Positions 27,701 to 40,969 are shown, counted from the stretch's first letter. The stretch is 64,000 bases of DNA from Catajapyx aquilonaris (GCA_000934665.2 JYFJ02001496.1:1-64000), one strand, 5' to 3'. Translations and numbers: made by a program. The notes: generated by a model not told the origin, from the sequence alone.

Positions 27701-30700
27701 ATTTGTGAAGACAGTACAAACTTCAATTCGCTCTCCTGAAAAATTACACTTTTGAGCGTTGTCACGTTTTTTTCACCACACCCTTCAATGTTCTTTAAAA
27801 AAGTTTTAATAGTGAACAAGACGATAAGTACACTATCATCATAAACAACTCGGTCAACACCTAACCACTGGGCGTGCAAAATACTGACCTATCAGATATT
27901 CGCACACACACACTGACTCACGATGCCAACTTCACCTCATAATAACTAGCCATGTTCGCATAACAGCTGCATAAAAAACACTCGCAATCCGCGTCACCCC
28001 CCGTCAACTCTACACCGTCTGATTTCCTAACTAATGACGAGTGGCGTGTGCTCATACGCTCCAGAAATAAACTCTCAACCCAGTGCAACGGCCCATTCAC
28101 AATACTCCATCAAAATCTCCTCAAGCTACATTGCGTCCTCGAAAATATCAATCCACCAGCTGAAACATCTCGTCCCAATCACCCGAAAAGAAATCAATAC
28201 AACTTCCAACAATCACACAAAAAAATGCACTTTCTACACTAACTAACAATCCATTCCTCAATTATTTTTTTCCACACCCATATTTTCTCTCCTGGAAACA
28301 TGGTAACCACACTCGACCCTAAAGTTGGGCGGGCTTGCCTACTGGCAGGATACGCCATTTCCTTTCTTTTTCAGCCGGGAGAGCACCGGGTTCTCCCCCT
28401 GCCAGCCAGCCAACCAACACCCTCTCTCTCCTATTTAGTAGTCCCTCCGAGTTCTCCCCAGCTACCCCCCCCCCACCCCCCAACCAACCACCACACACAC
28501 CCCTACTCGAAAAGAGCCTCGGGCACCCCTGTAGCCCTTTCAAGGCTGCTTCTCCTTTTATCCTGGGCAGGTCAAAGTCTGGGCTCCGAGAGTAAGGGAG
28601 AAAACCCAAGCTCATTTTATCCCTGACTCTCTATTTGCTCGACATATCGCCGCGCTTGGATACGTCTGTCCTCACCAGTTATAGCAGATGACGTTGGCCA
28701 AAATGAGTGTAGTCAGACCTAGTTGTACATAACACACACAAAAATATAGGGTCGGTTTCTTCTCCAAACAAACTGGAGCTGGAGGTAAAAATTTGTAAAA
28801 TACACCTGCAGGTTCAATAAACTATGCATTAATAATTACAAAATATGAAAGGTGAAGATTGCAGTATTGGTGGCCCGACTATGAACTTGTCCGAAAATAA
28901 CCCGTTTGAAAAAGTTCCAACATCAGATATGGCTGCGCAATCATTCGTTGGCTATTAGCTCAGGTTGATTATTTCGAAGATAGCATCGGGTTCGTCTAAT
29001 ATTTTCAGGTCCCACAATTACCGAAAGGGGGGGACTTCTAGGTAAATTTAGATGTCGAGAAGGCCGAAATTGGTATGGATTTTGGATGATTTTGGGAAAG
29101 TAAATGCCCGATATGATTTACCCTCTTGCATGAGCTGTAGTCCGGGATATAGATTAATAGTGTTCTGTGTTCCGGTTGTTGTAAAGTTCTTGGCCATGCA
29201 TTTCATTTCATGCTACTACAACTTTGCAGGACTGCATTTGAGCTTTTCCCGCATGTAAATCTAACCAAAGTTGAAACCACAATAGTTTCACACCATGATA
29301 ATAAGCAGCGCATTCAACATTCACCTCAGAGTAGGAAGCAGCTGCTTTAGATGGTTAGTGAAAATTATTACCAACAAAACTATTTTAAAATCATTTAAAA
29401 AATTAGTTCCACGATTTAACAGATATTATTCGTCGTTTAATATGTTACCAACAACGAATAACATCCGTTAAATCACGGGTAGACCATCTATCGCTTGATT
29501 GTCAAATTCCGCATAATTTACATCCTGCACCATGAAAATAGCAAAATGACATTAATATGGACACAAGTGGCTTAAGTGAGGCTTACTGTATATGCCTGGG
29601 GACAAGTCAGAACGGAATTAAATACATTACAGTCCTGCCTGTCACAATTTACAGTATACAGTACATTAAAATTGTAGATTAAATTACATCAATACCCTTC
29701 TTTGTGGAGTATGCCGATTCTTCGTGTCTGCGGACGAGCCAAGAGTTCAGCAATAAACTTAGGAATGTTGATAACACAAGACAAAGAAATTAAATAGTTT
29801 TCCTTTCACAATAGGCGCGGTTATTAAAATAAGCCACATATAAATTCTCACGAGCATTGAAGTTTTTCCAACAAGCAATCCCACACAGCTCCCATCTTGC
29901 CATGACTGCCCACACACAAAATGTTGCCGTAAATACCTTACCGCTTAAATATTAAAATTTCGTAATGTAACAAAATAACTCGCGCACGGCTACACTATTA
30001 TAGAACTTTTAAAATTGAGTGTTCAGGTATAAAAGGCTGTTACTTGATATGGAACCAATTGAAATAACAGTATCAAATCGGGAAGCAAACAGTATAATCA
30101 AGGCCGCCACTAACGCATACGTGTGAGTAAAATCTCGTCGAACGAGACACATCGTGCCTAATCAAGAGCAGCAACTATTTCAAAACAACAATTAAGTTCT
30201 GGTCCACCCCAGAACAAGTTTCATTCAAAATGTTGAAGCCACACTGCGCTGTAAAAAGGAGCTCAAGAGTCGAAACGACGGCTCGCAACGTAAAATGTGG
30301 CCTACTTACTACTGCAACAATAGACAGGAACTCGCTATTCCGCACATTCTTGCCAAGAAGTAGTGCCTACAAAGTAATATTCAGCCCATATAGTCTTCGT
30401 ACACGTAAAACTGCGCACACCATTTAGTTTTATCTCATCTTTTGAGAATGATGCACAACATTCCTATACAAGCAAAATATGCAAATACGCATTAAGGCAT
30501 ATAATTGAATATGTACATCCCCGAGTATATTTCCTCATCTTGCATAATTCAATTTATAAAGTGCAACGTGCTTTTTCGAAAATACGCAGTACTACCCTCT
30601 GTATCCCACCATCCCCAAGGCACAACCCCGCCAACCCAACACCCACAAACCAGGTCACTCCTCCAATCAGGTCCGACCGGATATCACACCTCGAAAAAGC

Positions 30701-33700
30701 CCCACACCTACACGAAAACCCTTAAAAAACCAACATCACCCAACTCACCCAATGATTGATCCCAGCACGACTCCACATCCTCCCAAAAACTATAAAATAA
30801 GCCCACCGAAAGCACAACCAGTGGGCAACTCTCCTCCTTAAAAAATTTTCTAGGTCACCTGACGTGGCAAGAATCCTCCGCCAGATTTCCAAAAAAGAAA
30901 AACAAGAAGTTGACCCACTCCTCACATTTACTGCAACACACTACAATTCAAAAACCCAAACCCTATAAAAATTATCTGAAAAAACATGGCCGTACCAAAA
31001 GCTCGTGGAGAATATAAAAAAGGGACAAGATGGCTGCCGAGTGTAAAGCTTCCCTTTAGGAGGCAGATACGGAAGAAGCGCGCATTTGCCATCGAGGTCA
31101 TGCGTTCCGCCCGCAACGCCTAGGTATTCAAGGTCTACCTGACTTGGCAAATAATCTTCTCTGAAGGAGCCCCCGCTTATCCACTGTCTGACCAGCCCAA
31201 AAAAGATGGGGCTAGCTAGTAAATATGGGTTATTCTTAAAGCAGGAGAAAAAAAAGCGGGTTATGCAACGAGGTACGCAATGGGCGCGTGACACTGTATT
31301 TACACCGAAATGTTGACGACTTTGGGTGCATTTGCTGTTAATTGGGCAGTACGATGTTGCGGTTAATGCCGATTAAACAAGACACATTGTTAAAATGCGG
31401 TCGTACGGTAAGGAAGAACCGCAGATTCCAACAGTTGTAAAAAGAGCATTTAACAAGGAACGGCCGGGCATAAAAATTCCTCGACTTGTACGTATATCAG
31501 TATGTGCCAAATATCACACCTATAACTTACAGTTGTTAAAACCGGGAGAGCCTTAAAACAAAGCACATCTATGGGCGAAATAAAGTTATCAGCAGATAGT
31601 TTCTCCGTTCCCTTAGGTCTCGCTGTCATTTTTGCTGATTATTATGCGGGCACTTTTATGTAAAATGGGGCAGTTGATAGTTTTATCAAAATAGGGGGAA
31701 CGCTATCGATCCTTCAAGTTGAACCATGTGAATGTACTGACAAAATGGGGCATTCCACATGACAAACCAGGCTGAGCAGTACACAACACAATGTAAACAG
31801 GGCTGTATCAGAAGCTAAATCGGTTAACATTGAATCATCAGCCACTTCAAACGATTTTCTCCAGTAAACTATAAAAACTGTCTCATTCCTATACACCCCA
31901 CCCTGCATATTCTGCCCAAAAACATGTCACTAAAATAAGAAAGGTATAGTTCAACAAAACTCCTGTCCCTTTCTCTTAAAACGACGTTACACGCTTAGGA
32001 AGTAAAAGCTACTGGACTGAAACTGTCAAAGACCTGCATAATACTGCATTACAAAGTCGCCAACTTTCAGCAGGTATAGACCATTATAACAATTTACGCT
32101 CCCCCTAGTCTGGACAACGACGGTAACTTACCCATCGTAAAGAATCTGAAATGTTGGCACTAAACAACAAATTACCCCACGGGCAAGTCACTGCAGTTCA
32201 GACAGTATAGAGAGCTAAGTCACGTTCCCATTAGATTAAATGTGCCCATTTTTATGTGCACCGTTTATACCAAGCTTTTAACGTAAACTGTGCAAATAGG
32301 CTCTTCAATAAGTTCATATCTACGCAATTCTCTACCGGACAACAAAGCCCTCCTTTGTAAAAACCACCCCCCGGAAACAGCATTCTCGTGGCAGCAGCTA
32401 CCCATGTAGGTTACATTCCCAATACTCACTCATCAAAAACCTCCCCCCTTCCTTAACAATACGCTGTTACTACCACGCCATAGTTGGAAAGGTAGCAAAC
32501 CTCAAGTCCCCCATGTTATCCGCCGGCTTGAAACCCCCCTGCGTGGAAAAACACACACAAGGCCTCCACCAGCGTGCAGCAAAATGAAGAGGAGGAGGTA
32601 GGGTGTGTGTGTGTGTGTGCCAGGCCGATGGGGCGGTGGGGAGGAAACCAGGGCTGGGGCAGGGGAAGGTTGGAAATGTCGGGGGAATCGAGAGAGCCTG
32701 GTTGAACTCCAAGGACGAGCAAAAGTTTTGCGCCTGCAAGTATCAGCCTGGGCAACCCTGCAACTGAGGATTGCCCTGCGGCCCACTCTAACTCTCAGGG
32801 GCTATTTCAATTCATCCTTATAACAGAGAGTGCTAGCAGAGAGGATCCAACAGCAGCCAACTAGGCGGGTGGAGAGAGAAAAAAAAAATCTAATGGGAGT
32901 GGGGGAGCCAGCCATCCCCCCAGATAAGCCCTGACGGTTTGTGGCCTTGGAAGGGATCTTACCAACAGGCGCATTCCGACCAGGCAAACGATGGCTGGGC
33001 TCTCTCTCTCTCTCTCCTACACGCTTGCACTCATACGGCCGGGGGGTAATGAATGCTTCTCTAGAAAAACAGATCTTGTACGCACTTACACGCACTTCCT
33101 TTCGAAATCGTTAAGTTGTTTAGTCGCATACGGCAGGAATGTGACACCGGAATTCGTACCAAACTCTAGTTACTAATGGTATGCGCTGAAAAAAAAATGC
33201 TGAAATTTATTTAGAATACATTACAGCATATTCTTCCCTACGTCCTGGAGTCCTGTTACAAGAGTTCGTATGGATTCTCTGAATCGCTCTGCAGCATAAA
33301 TTATAGAATTCCAAGGAGTCAAACTGGCTAGCAGGGTTGCAACTCCGGCAAGAGCATTCCTTGCAAATTTTACACTTAGCACTGTGATAACTGTGGCAGC
33401 AAAAGTGACAATATCTTTCGTAGAACTTACGATTAGTCGTATCAGTCATAAGCCGCCCTCGACACACATACGCACCCACACTCGCATAAGAATAACTAAA
33501 CCTGGAACTAAACACGCAGAATAACTCATCCTGACTTTTTCCCCCGGTAATAAATACTCACTACTGAAATACTACCGACTAAAAAAGCAGCTCCTCCGTC
33601 CCTATAAATTCAGTTCCTGTCAAGCCCATTGCCTGCACGTATATTTACCAATCCCATGCCAGGTACACTTTCCGAAAGGTATTCCCCGATATGGAAGTTA

Positions 33701-36700
33701 CGGCCTACGCAAAAGCACCATTACATAACTGTGTCTGGTTGATATGCTGCACCCAATGTAACTTCGCACCCCTGACACAATCTCCCCGTATACAGTCGGA
33801 TTTTCACGTCCGTTATAATACGAATCCCAAAGTGGTTAGGACACACCATCATGTTTCGTCCCGCCGATGTAATCAACACTCGTTATTGCATGTCCGACGC
33901 TGCTTGCATTATTTTGCATCCTCTCTTCTGCAGGAAATGTAACGCAACAAACTTTCCGCCATTGAATATTTATACACTTTCTTGCGTTATTCTAAAAATA
34001 ATTATGTTACTCGATGAATTTTTATATACTAACAACCTTGCAAGTTTAAAACTGACTTTGAGTCCGGTTTCAGGCACACTGGATGTCATCCTGTACAGTA
34101 CACACATTTTGCGTCGCACAAATTACTGAGTTGCGTCACCTCGCACTTTTAACGTCAATTATGTAACGCGCCGCAGGTAACTGATATCTTAAGAAACACT
34201 ATTCCCAAATCAGTGGTGATGTGATACCACGAAGGTCGCCTAACTTACCGATGCTGGATTCCAGGAGTAGTCGCCCACGATTCGTGCTAACCCAATTAAA
34301 CGCCAACTCTTGGTGTGTAACGCGTGTCATTCACCATTTTACATAAAATATTATTCATAACATGTCGTAGTTTTCATATGCGTATTCATAGGGAAAAGGG
34401 AAATGAGAAAGCGTATCCAGATTTTCTGGCATGCCAGGCACTGCGCTTGGTCCTTCCAAAATTCAATTCCAAATTAATTTCACCCAACCGTAGCCAATTG
34501 CCACGCGAAATTGCGTCCAGACCACAGAAATTGCCAAAATGATTGCAATTTCTGTGGCCTGAACCAAACCCGGAACCAAATCTGCACCTCAGCCTTGCTA
34601 AAATGTAAGTTAATGTTTACATGCAAATCAACTGCGGGTGGCCAACCATGGAATCACAATGTTCCCCGCATACTCACCAAAAGGCAGCTACAAGAGCGAG
34701 ATTCGCAAATGGACAGAGCCAGCTCCCAATGATGGAATACTTGGGAAGCGCGATCCTCGATCAATAAGATTCTCCGGAATGTTCACGGCTGGAGTCACCC
34801 CCCCTATAATTCCCAAAATTCCATCCAACTGCCTCCTAAATAAAACTGCAAACTGCATTTTAAACATGATCAACACATTTCCTTCCCTGCAATGTAGTAA
34901 GCCGCCACCAATATTTTTACTCCTGGGTGGTATGCTATCCCCGCATAACACTGACAAAAGAAGCGCACAAGTTGCCTATACGCCCAGGATGAAGCAGAAA
35001 TTACTTCCATCTTCCCCTCTAAATATTCATATACAGACGACAGGCTTGGTCACCACGGTACACACTCCGCAACAATAAACATCAAAACCCGGACAGCATT
35101 ATCTGTCCGGGACTAATAGGCACATTCTCCACATAGCTCGCATTCCCCACGTAGCGATTGAGTTGTATCCGCCAATCACGCTCATTAAAATCGGATTTAA
35201 TTTCATCAGTAACATTGGGCATCTTAGGCTTGACATGCACCGTGCCTTACCCATTTCCAGCGGTTTTCAAATTAGTGAATGTACGCTTCAGTGACGTGTG
35301 CACGCCCCTCCCGGCGCCATCTCGTCCAGTGTTGCAATTCCGTTGCTCCCGGAGTTCCACGAAAAACTCTGCCACGCACTGCCCAAATCCAACATGAGGA
35401 CCACCTCATTCAAAAAAAATCCGTCTGGTGGTGATACAATTGGTCCTAGTCTCACTGGGGACATTACTTGGTAAACTCAGCTATTGGGCAACCTTGCTCC
35501 AAAGAAATTTGAGATTATCAATAGCGTCGGGGCTATGCTTGTCTCCTCGGGTTGCACACACCGGGCATCGTAACTTATTCTGTGCAAAAACAAGCTGATA
35601 ATTTGCAACGCCGAAATAATACATGGCCGGGGTACATACAAAGGTCTCCCCTTCAATTCCGGTGATCAATGCTAAAATAATACCCCAACCCTTAAAAAAC
35701 AGGTTTGCTTCTCTCTCTTTGTCCTGGTTTTTGGCGTACCTTTATATTTGACGAATCTAAAAGGGACGCATATTTTCCAAGTGTCTTTCTCTCTCTCGAA
35801 GCCGATGCTCCTTGCGCAAGGTGGGATTTCTGTGCCAGGCAGGATATTCTGTGACGTCACCACCCCTCTATACTCCACCCCCCCCCCCCAGCCCACTGTG
35901 GCCTCCTCCCTTGCCTTTGTCCCCATCATGCACAATAAGGGCAATAATTATCCTGCTTTCTAGGAGAGATGGGCCACATGGCTGAGCATGGTGATGATCC
36001 ATAACTAGCCTTAAGATAATTAGTGTCTTTCTCGCTGAATAGTCAAATACAACCGCTTCCTGTACTCTAGTAATGCATTGCAGTTTGAAAATGAACTGGT
36101 CACAAGCTGGTGTTTCAGATGACATGCTCGAATGTCAAACACAACTGGCAATCTGTCCTGTTTTCACAGGCCCAATTACAGTGCAGACTGGCCAGTCACA
36201 TGCACTGTGATGCATGTATCAACAGTCAATCTACCTTGGACAGAAATATCTCAATCTAAAATTCACTTGATAATATTATCGCAGTCCCTATTTGCCCCAC
36301 TAGGATTGTCCCTGATGCATGCAACTTTTAGCCGTGTTGATTAAGAGATAGCAATTTAGCTTTTCAATGCAGCCGCTGTGAATCTGGATTAATAATCAGC
36401 AATGGTAAACTGTCCTACCTTCTGGCGTAGGCACCACCATCATCCCCTGGAAGCGTTTCTTAAACTTCTGAGAAGGACTTGATTTCTTCTTCCGCATCTT
36501 CTTCCCTTTTACTGCAGGACTGGTGGGCACTGGAAGACTCTTTGCAGCTGGAGTGGGTGGAAAAATGTCACTGGGGCCATCTTTTTCATCGGGAAGGACA
36601 CCGTCTGAATCTTTCGCGGGCACTATTTCACACGGCACTGTTCCTGCACTGCTACCACATGGGTCCAGCACTTTGTGGTTGGCAACAGTAGAAGAAACGT

Positions 36701-37176
36701 CTTCTGTTACAGGGTTCACAGTGGCAGATGACACATCTTCAGCTGTGTGGTTTGCAACAGCTGAAGACATGCCCTCCGCTTCAGATGGAGTTACGTTGGA
36801 AGGCACTGGGATTGGTCTTCCTGAGTCACCTTCTGTTACTGTTGCACAGACTTCCTCTCCACTTGTCACAGTTGCGACCTAAGGAAAGATGCAACTGCAG
36901 AATGTGCCATTTGGGAATGCACCAAACTTCTTACCAATTCCTTTGGTGATGTCACTTCCTCCTTACTCTGGGTGCTATTCTCTTTTACTTCACTCGTGTC
37001 TGCTTCCACCGCTCTCTCCTCCATTTTGGAGGGACACTTGTCACTCTCTGCACCTGCAATTGCTCATGGTGTGTGAGCACATGCATGCCAAGTTGGAAGG
37101 AAAAAGATGCCTTACCGAGTGAGGTGTCTGCAGCAGGGCAGACGTCATCTACCTCTGGAAGTCTGTCACCGTCCAT
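2597..37176 (-). CDS. Very large (~3,500 aa) multi-C2H2/C2HC zinc-finger nuclear protein with a PLDLS CtBP-binding motif
   Basis: Phase-consistent coding exons 5'->3': 37176-37116, 37053-36935, 36878-36419, 16181-15139, 14260-13616, 13529-12810, 12053-11408, 11284-11169, (optional 11048-11022), 10369-10004, 9876-9340, 9190-6130, 5857-5380, 5197-5055, 4998-4897, 4778-4673, 4593-4475, 4365-2597. The total is 10,491 nt without the microexon, divisible by 3. About 17 scattered fingers, e.g. CDVCKVVYQRSFSLKRHYLKVH (split by an intron), CLFCDKSFLSFAIRKRHERLH, CPTCGRRFLGLEALEQHINKFH, CSECGISFYTPHQVLRHMNLEH. Lys-rich NLS-like tracts are present. The link across the 20-kb intron rests on matching phase 1. 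Confidence 0.85.
5907..6053 (-). mobile_element. Short 5'-truncated non-LTR retro-insertion with a 17-bp target-site duplication
   Basis: Exact direct repeat CACAGCCTCAACATATT at 5890-5906 and 6054-6070. On the - strand the insert ends ...CCCCCTAAGAGAGCC...TAAAAATAAAG (A-rich tail). Confidence 0.65.
13085..13245 (-). repeat. Coding 15-nt minisatellite encoding (P-P/A-x-S/P-K)n
   Basis: Protein KPPSPKPPPSKPPTAKPPASKSPAPKPSASKIPPCKSPASKPSTSKLPAPKPPPSKPP: about 11 five-residue units inside exon 13529-12810. Confidence 0.8.
16389..16645 (-). mobile_element. tRNA-derived SINE (tRNA-Gly-like head) with an (AAC)n tail
   Basis: The - strand head GCACAATCCTGTAGTGGTTAGAGTCATAGCCTTCCAC...TGTTCGTTCCTCGG has degenerate A and B boxes and a GCCTTCCA anticodon-arm-like segment. 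The 3' end is ATCCCCTAAGAGGCCATAT(AAC)n. Confidence 0.6.
16982..17250. repeat. Nested inverted/direct repeat (foldback)
   Basis: A unit at ~16982-17065 recurs as a diverged direct copy (~17095-17168) and as a reverse complement (~17168-17250). The ORF track shows the same peptide RSMLSRTTFVQMLQNL on both strands. Confidence 0.85.
21668..21720 (+). repeat. (GA)n microsatellite
   Basis: Uninterrupted GA run within a promoter-like island. Confidence 0.95.
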
Positions 37177-38115
37177 ATCTCAACACCAGCACTCATGACA
37201 CACGGCCATGTTTCCACATTGCACCTACAATGACACAGTTACATATCTATCAGGATAAAGCAAAATGGGACACTCTCCTATCCCTTTTCCCATATCCTTA
37301 GGAAGTTTTGAACTAACCAAGCAATCAAGAATTGGACTGAACATTTGACTAATAAGCTGCATTGTAGTATGCATTGCTGTTACTAAATTGTGTCAACCAC
37401 AACACCACATTAAATGCGCAAAAGATTGACATGTAATATGATATAAAAATGTGGAAAGGTTAAGAATGTTCATTTGGCAACAAACAGCCTGCCATGGGTC
37501 TAAATCTATAGTTTCAGCGACTAAATATTGAAGCCAGGTATCCAACTAAAGACGTTTCCATGTGGTATAAAATTTCTCTGGAAATACAGCAGAACAATAT
37601 GACACTAGTACTCCTACTGTCTGACAAGTTGCCAGTGTTCAGGCACTTGATTCACATTCCCTTACAAACACCTGCGCATCAAATAAACTACAGCTGAATT
37701 TGTACGGTAGTTAACAGGCTGTCAGCAACTTCAGAGAAGTTGTAATGCACTAACAGAAGGAAACCGCTTTTACGCATCCGAGATCGCAGTGAAAATTAGG
37801 CCATTACCCTGGTAACTTAACCACCTCCTTTTCAATCAATTCAATGCTGTTACCATAGCAATTGCCAACCTTGGGATGCATTCCCTATAACCAATCAGTT
37901 CTAGCAATTGTTGAACAGCCGTCATACTGTACTATTTCTTGCAGTATAATTCGTCGTTAATCTGACAACATGATGAATTCGACATTTTCGCTAAAATAGG
38001 GCTATGGCTTCTGCCAGCACCATCAAGTGTTGGGTCACATTCTTACAAAATGGCGACCCAATGGGACAAGTGGTGTCAGAGTTAAAACAGAAAATCAAAA
38101 CACCATCCTATATGT

Positions 38116-38346
38116 GAGGCGCTTAGAACAAAAGTAGCCCAAGTCCATTTTTGCCACCTTTGAGATAGGACCGCCCTCACGCTCAGAATGATACTCCAAG
38201 TTTATGTCCTAAGTTGGACATTAGGCCAATAGCTGGCATAATCTTATTTATGCTCCAAGGAGAATTTCCTACACCATGGAGCATTTCAGGTCAGTTTTCG
38301 TAGCTTTATTTTTTTGGACTTGGGCCACTTTTGTTCTAAGCGCCTC
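38116..38346. mobile_element. MITE, 231 bp, GAG...CTC termini (Sola-like by inference)
   Basis: ~32-bp TIRs: GAGGCGCTTAGAACAAAAGTAGCCCAAGTCCA and TGGACTTGGGCCACTTTTGTTCTAAGCGCCTC (1 mismatch). Flanks ATGT and ATAT give a 4-bp TSD with 1 mismatch. Confidence 0.8.
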
Positions 38347-38920
38347 ATATTATTTGTATAGCGGTTTGCACGTTTCTTCTGGCTCTCCTGTAATGTTACG
38401 AAAATGTTGAAAGGTTGTTTTGTCAGGTCAACAACAAATTATCCAGCAACATGTCGGCAGAAACAAACTGCATTTATGCCATTTGAGCCAATTTATCAGC
38501 GTATTCAGTTAAAACCGTACCAGCAAATCGGCGTACTGGTCGATGTGCTGTGCTTACATGCAATTCCCACTTATCCGCAAACTCACTTTAAAGCATGGTA
38601 ACCGCTGTCATAAATTTAGCATTGTTGTCGCAACTTATCATTGTATCTGCCTTAAAAGACTACCGGAGAATTTGTCACTGAGGGCATTGACTGTTTGTAC
38701 TGCAGTTCATGCCTAATGTTCTAGAACCGTTGTGATTCCAGCCAACTCATCCCCAACAAAAGACTACCATGGACATTGACTGTGTGTCACGCTTCATGTT
38801 CTAGAACTGTCCTCATATTCCAGCCAAAGTTCTCTGATAAACACCCCCATGCAAATCCTCCAACCTGGCCATCCCAAATAAAAAGACATGTGTGTTCGAT
38901 CCCCCATGCACACACCTTAC

Positions 38921-39235
38921 CAGCAGCACTGAACCCAGGGGCCGAACTCCCGGCACTTCCTCGCACCTGTCTCCCCCCAGAACCAGCCCCCCTTCGCATT
39001 AATACACACATCCCACACTCTCTCGGGGAGGGGGAGAGAGAGAGAGAGAGAGAGAGAACCCTCTCTCCAGGCTCTCTCGGCCAGTCAGTCTCCCCACCAC
39101 CACCACCAACCTACTGTTCTTTTTTTCCCCCCCCCGTTCCCCCGCAGCCTGCCTCTCTCTTCCTGCTGCTGCTACCCCCCCGCTTCCCCCGAACGTGTCG
39201 GGCTCCGTTCGAGAAATGGCCACCGCTTCCCCCCT
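38921..39235 (-). other. Probable non-coding first exon of the zinc-finger gene
   Basis: GC/GA-rich island with a (GA)n tract and a YY1-like GGCCATTT near 39215 on the - strand. Donor CTG|GTAAGG at 38920. The downstream acceptor TTGTAG at 37225 precedes the exon containing the ATG. The 5' boundary is approximate. Confidence 0.55.
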
Positions 39236-40369
39236 TACAGCCTCACTGATGAACACCGCCCTAAAATTCCAGTATCTTAAAAACAGAAAATGAGCGGGAT
39301 TACCAACGAGCTACTGCAACAAAATGGTGATCTCCCTGGTTGTTCTCTCGAATGATGGCTGGTTCATCCTGAACTTATGGCAAACAAAACGCTCGGCTCG
39401 TCTAGTAAGGCTGCCTACAAGCCAGGGGCTTACGGATCAAGGTCACCTTCTGACTGCTCGTTACCAGTATTGCACTGGTAATTGACATGTGCTCTAGGTG
39501 AAGGTCAATGAACCTCGATTTGCTCCTCTTCTTTCTTTTTTTTTTCCTGTCCATTTCGAATCATCCTGAGGGACGCTCCCGTGCCCAAATTTTCCTGGCT
39601 GGAGACCTGATCATGGCCGGGATGCCATCTAACGGGAAGGGGGACTCCAGCGGGCCGGACTGGGCCGGCCATCTATGCCGGGCCAGCGCAACTCGGACGG
39701 TTGTTCCACCTTATTTTGCATTGGGAAACCTTTTTTTGATGATACGTGTGAAAGGGATGACAGGCTGACACTGTGGTGGGTATGAGGCGGACTACCTGGA
39801 CGGCTGGTAAAGGAGGTAAATTGCGCACGATTGGTACGTGACAGTCTGTCACGGCCTCATTCTTAATATCAGGGAAGAGGTCAGTGGGTTAAGGGAAAGG
39901 TGGGCAGCATCAGAACGGATTGGAACAGGGAGAGAGAGAGGATGTGTGAGGGTCAGGTTTGGTGGAGACGGTGTGTTTTTGGTGATGGTTTGTTAATTAG
40001 GAAGGTGCAAGTGCGGCGGTGCTATAATGGTTGAAAGTGTTTCTAAGCTGCAGTGTCCCATGTAGACTTGTCAGCAGTGGGTAGTGAGGTGCATTGGCCT
40101 ACTTGTCAATTTTTTTTGTGGTGTTCAGGGAGCAAGCGTGGCTGAATGAACATAACCTAAATTATAAACAGTGCAGCAGAAATTGACATTCTTACTGCCG
40201 CTGCAAGAAGTGTTTGTTTGGCTGTGTGAAGTCGGGGTAACGAATGGTGTGTTCATGCAGTGCGGTGAAGGTTACGCTTGTGATGTGTACTAAAACTGCT
40301 GTTTCAGTGTGGTTCAAATAATTTTATGAAGATATTGTATGTGCTAGACTGTGCCGTAAATTAAAAATA

Positions 40370-40969
40370 GAGTAAAACTTCTATAAGTCGAATCTCCATG
40401 GGACCGGGAAAAAACTTCGAGTTATAGAAAATTCGAGTTAGAGAAGTTTCGCTTTTTTAAAGCCCAGAACTCTGTAAGGAAGCCTACTTGTATATCCAGC
40501 GACGAAAGGTGTTCAAAACTTAAAAATAACTGTCACTAACACACTTACAATGTTCCTCGTTGTTTTGTTGTAAAGAAATCTCTGTTATGGACATTTACCT
40601 ATGCTGTTAGATTCAACGATTCAATTGTCACAATCAGTCAAACCCTTCTTTCGGTACGTCTGGTAGACGGAGATCAGGAAAGTGAGCCTTTCTGTACATG
40701 TGGCCTACTCTCAACCCTTCGGCTGGGAAATGAGAAAAATTTCAGTACTTGCCAACATGAACTTCGACTTAGGGAGACTGAAAATGCATTGATATCCCAT
40801 CGTAAGGCCCTGCCTGCACTTCGAGTTATGGAGAACTTCAAGTTATAGAAATTCGAGTTAGGGAAGTTTATTTCCTATTCTTTTACATTGTGACCAACCA
40901 AGCTCATAATTTTCTTCGACTTATAGAGAACTTCGACTTAGGGAAGTTCAACTTATGGAAGTTTCACTG
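40370..40969. mobile_element. MITE, 600 bp, Tc1/mariner-pogo (Tigger-like) type
   Basis: TIRs (G)AGTAAAACTTCTATAAGTCGAA and TTCAACTTATGGAAGTTTCACTG, with TA on both flanks. Multiple subterminal TTCGAGTTA/TTCGACTTA repeats. No ORF. Confidence 0.85.

Noticed and set aside
35088..35110. Small hairpin CCCGGACAG...CTGTCCGGG
   Set aside because: A single 9-bp stem can arise by chance in 64 kb and has no supporting context.
17593..36350. ORF-track entries inside the 20-kb intron
   Set aside because: Low-complexity or random-looking translations of promoter-like islands and microsatellites, with no recognisable domain and no consistent exon chain.
38683..38827. Diverged tandem duplication (~88-bp period, shared ATGTTCTAGAAC and ATTCCAGCCAA)
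   Set aside because: Only two degenerate intronic copies, with no sign of function.
40370..40969. Spaced TTCGA(G/C)TTA repeats resembling an array
   Set aside because: Irregularly spaced subterminal repeats of a TA-flanked MITE in a eukaryote, not CRISPR.
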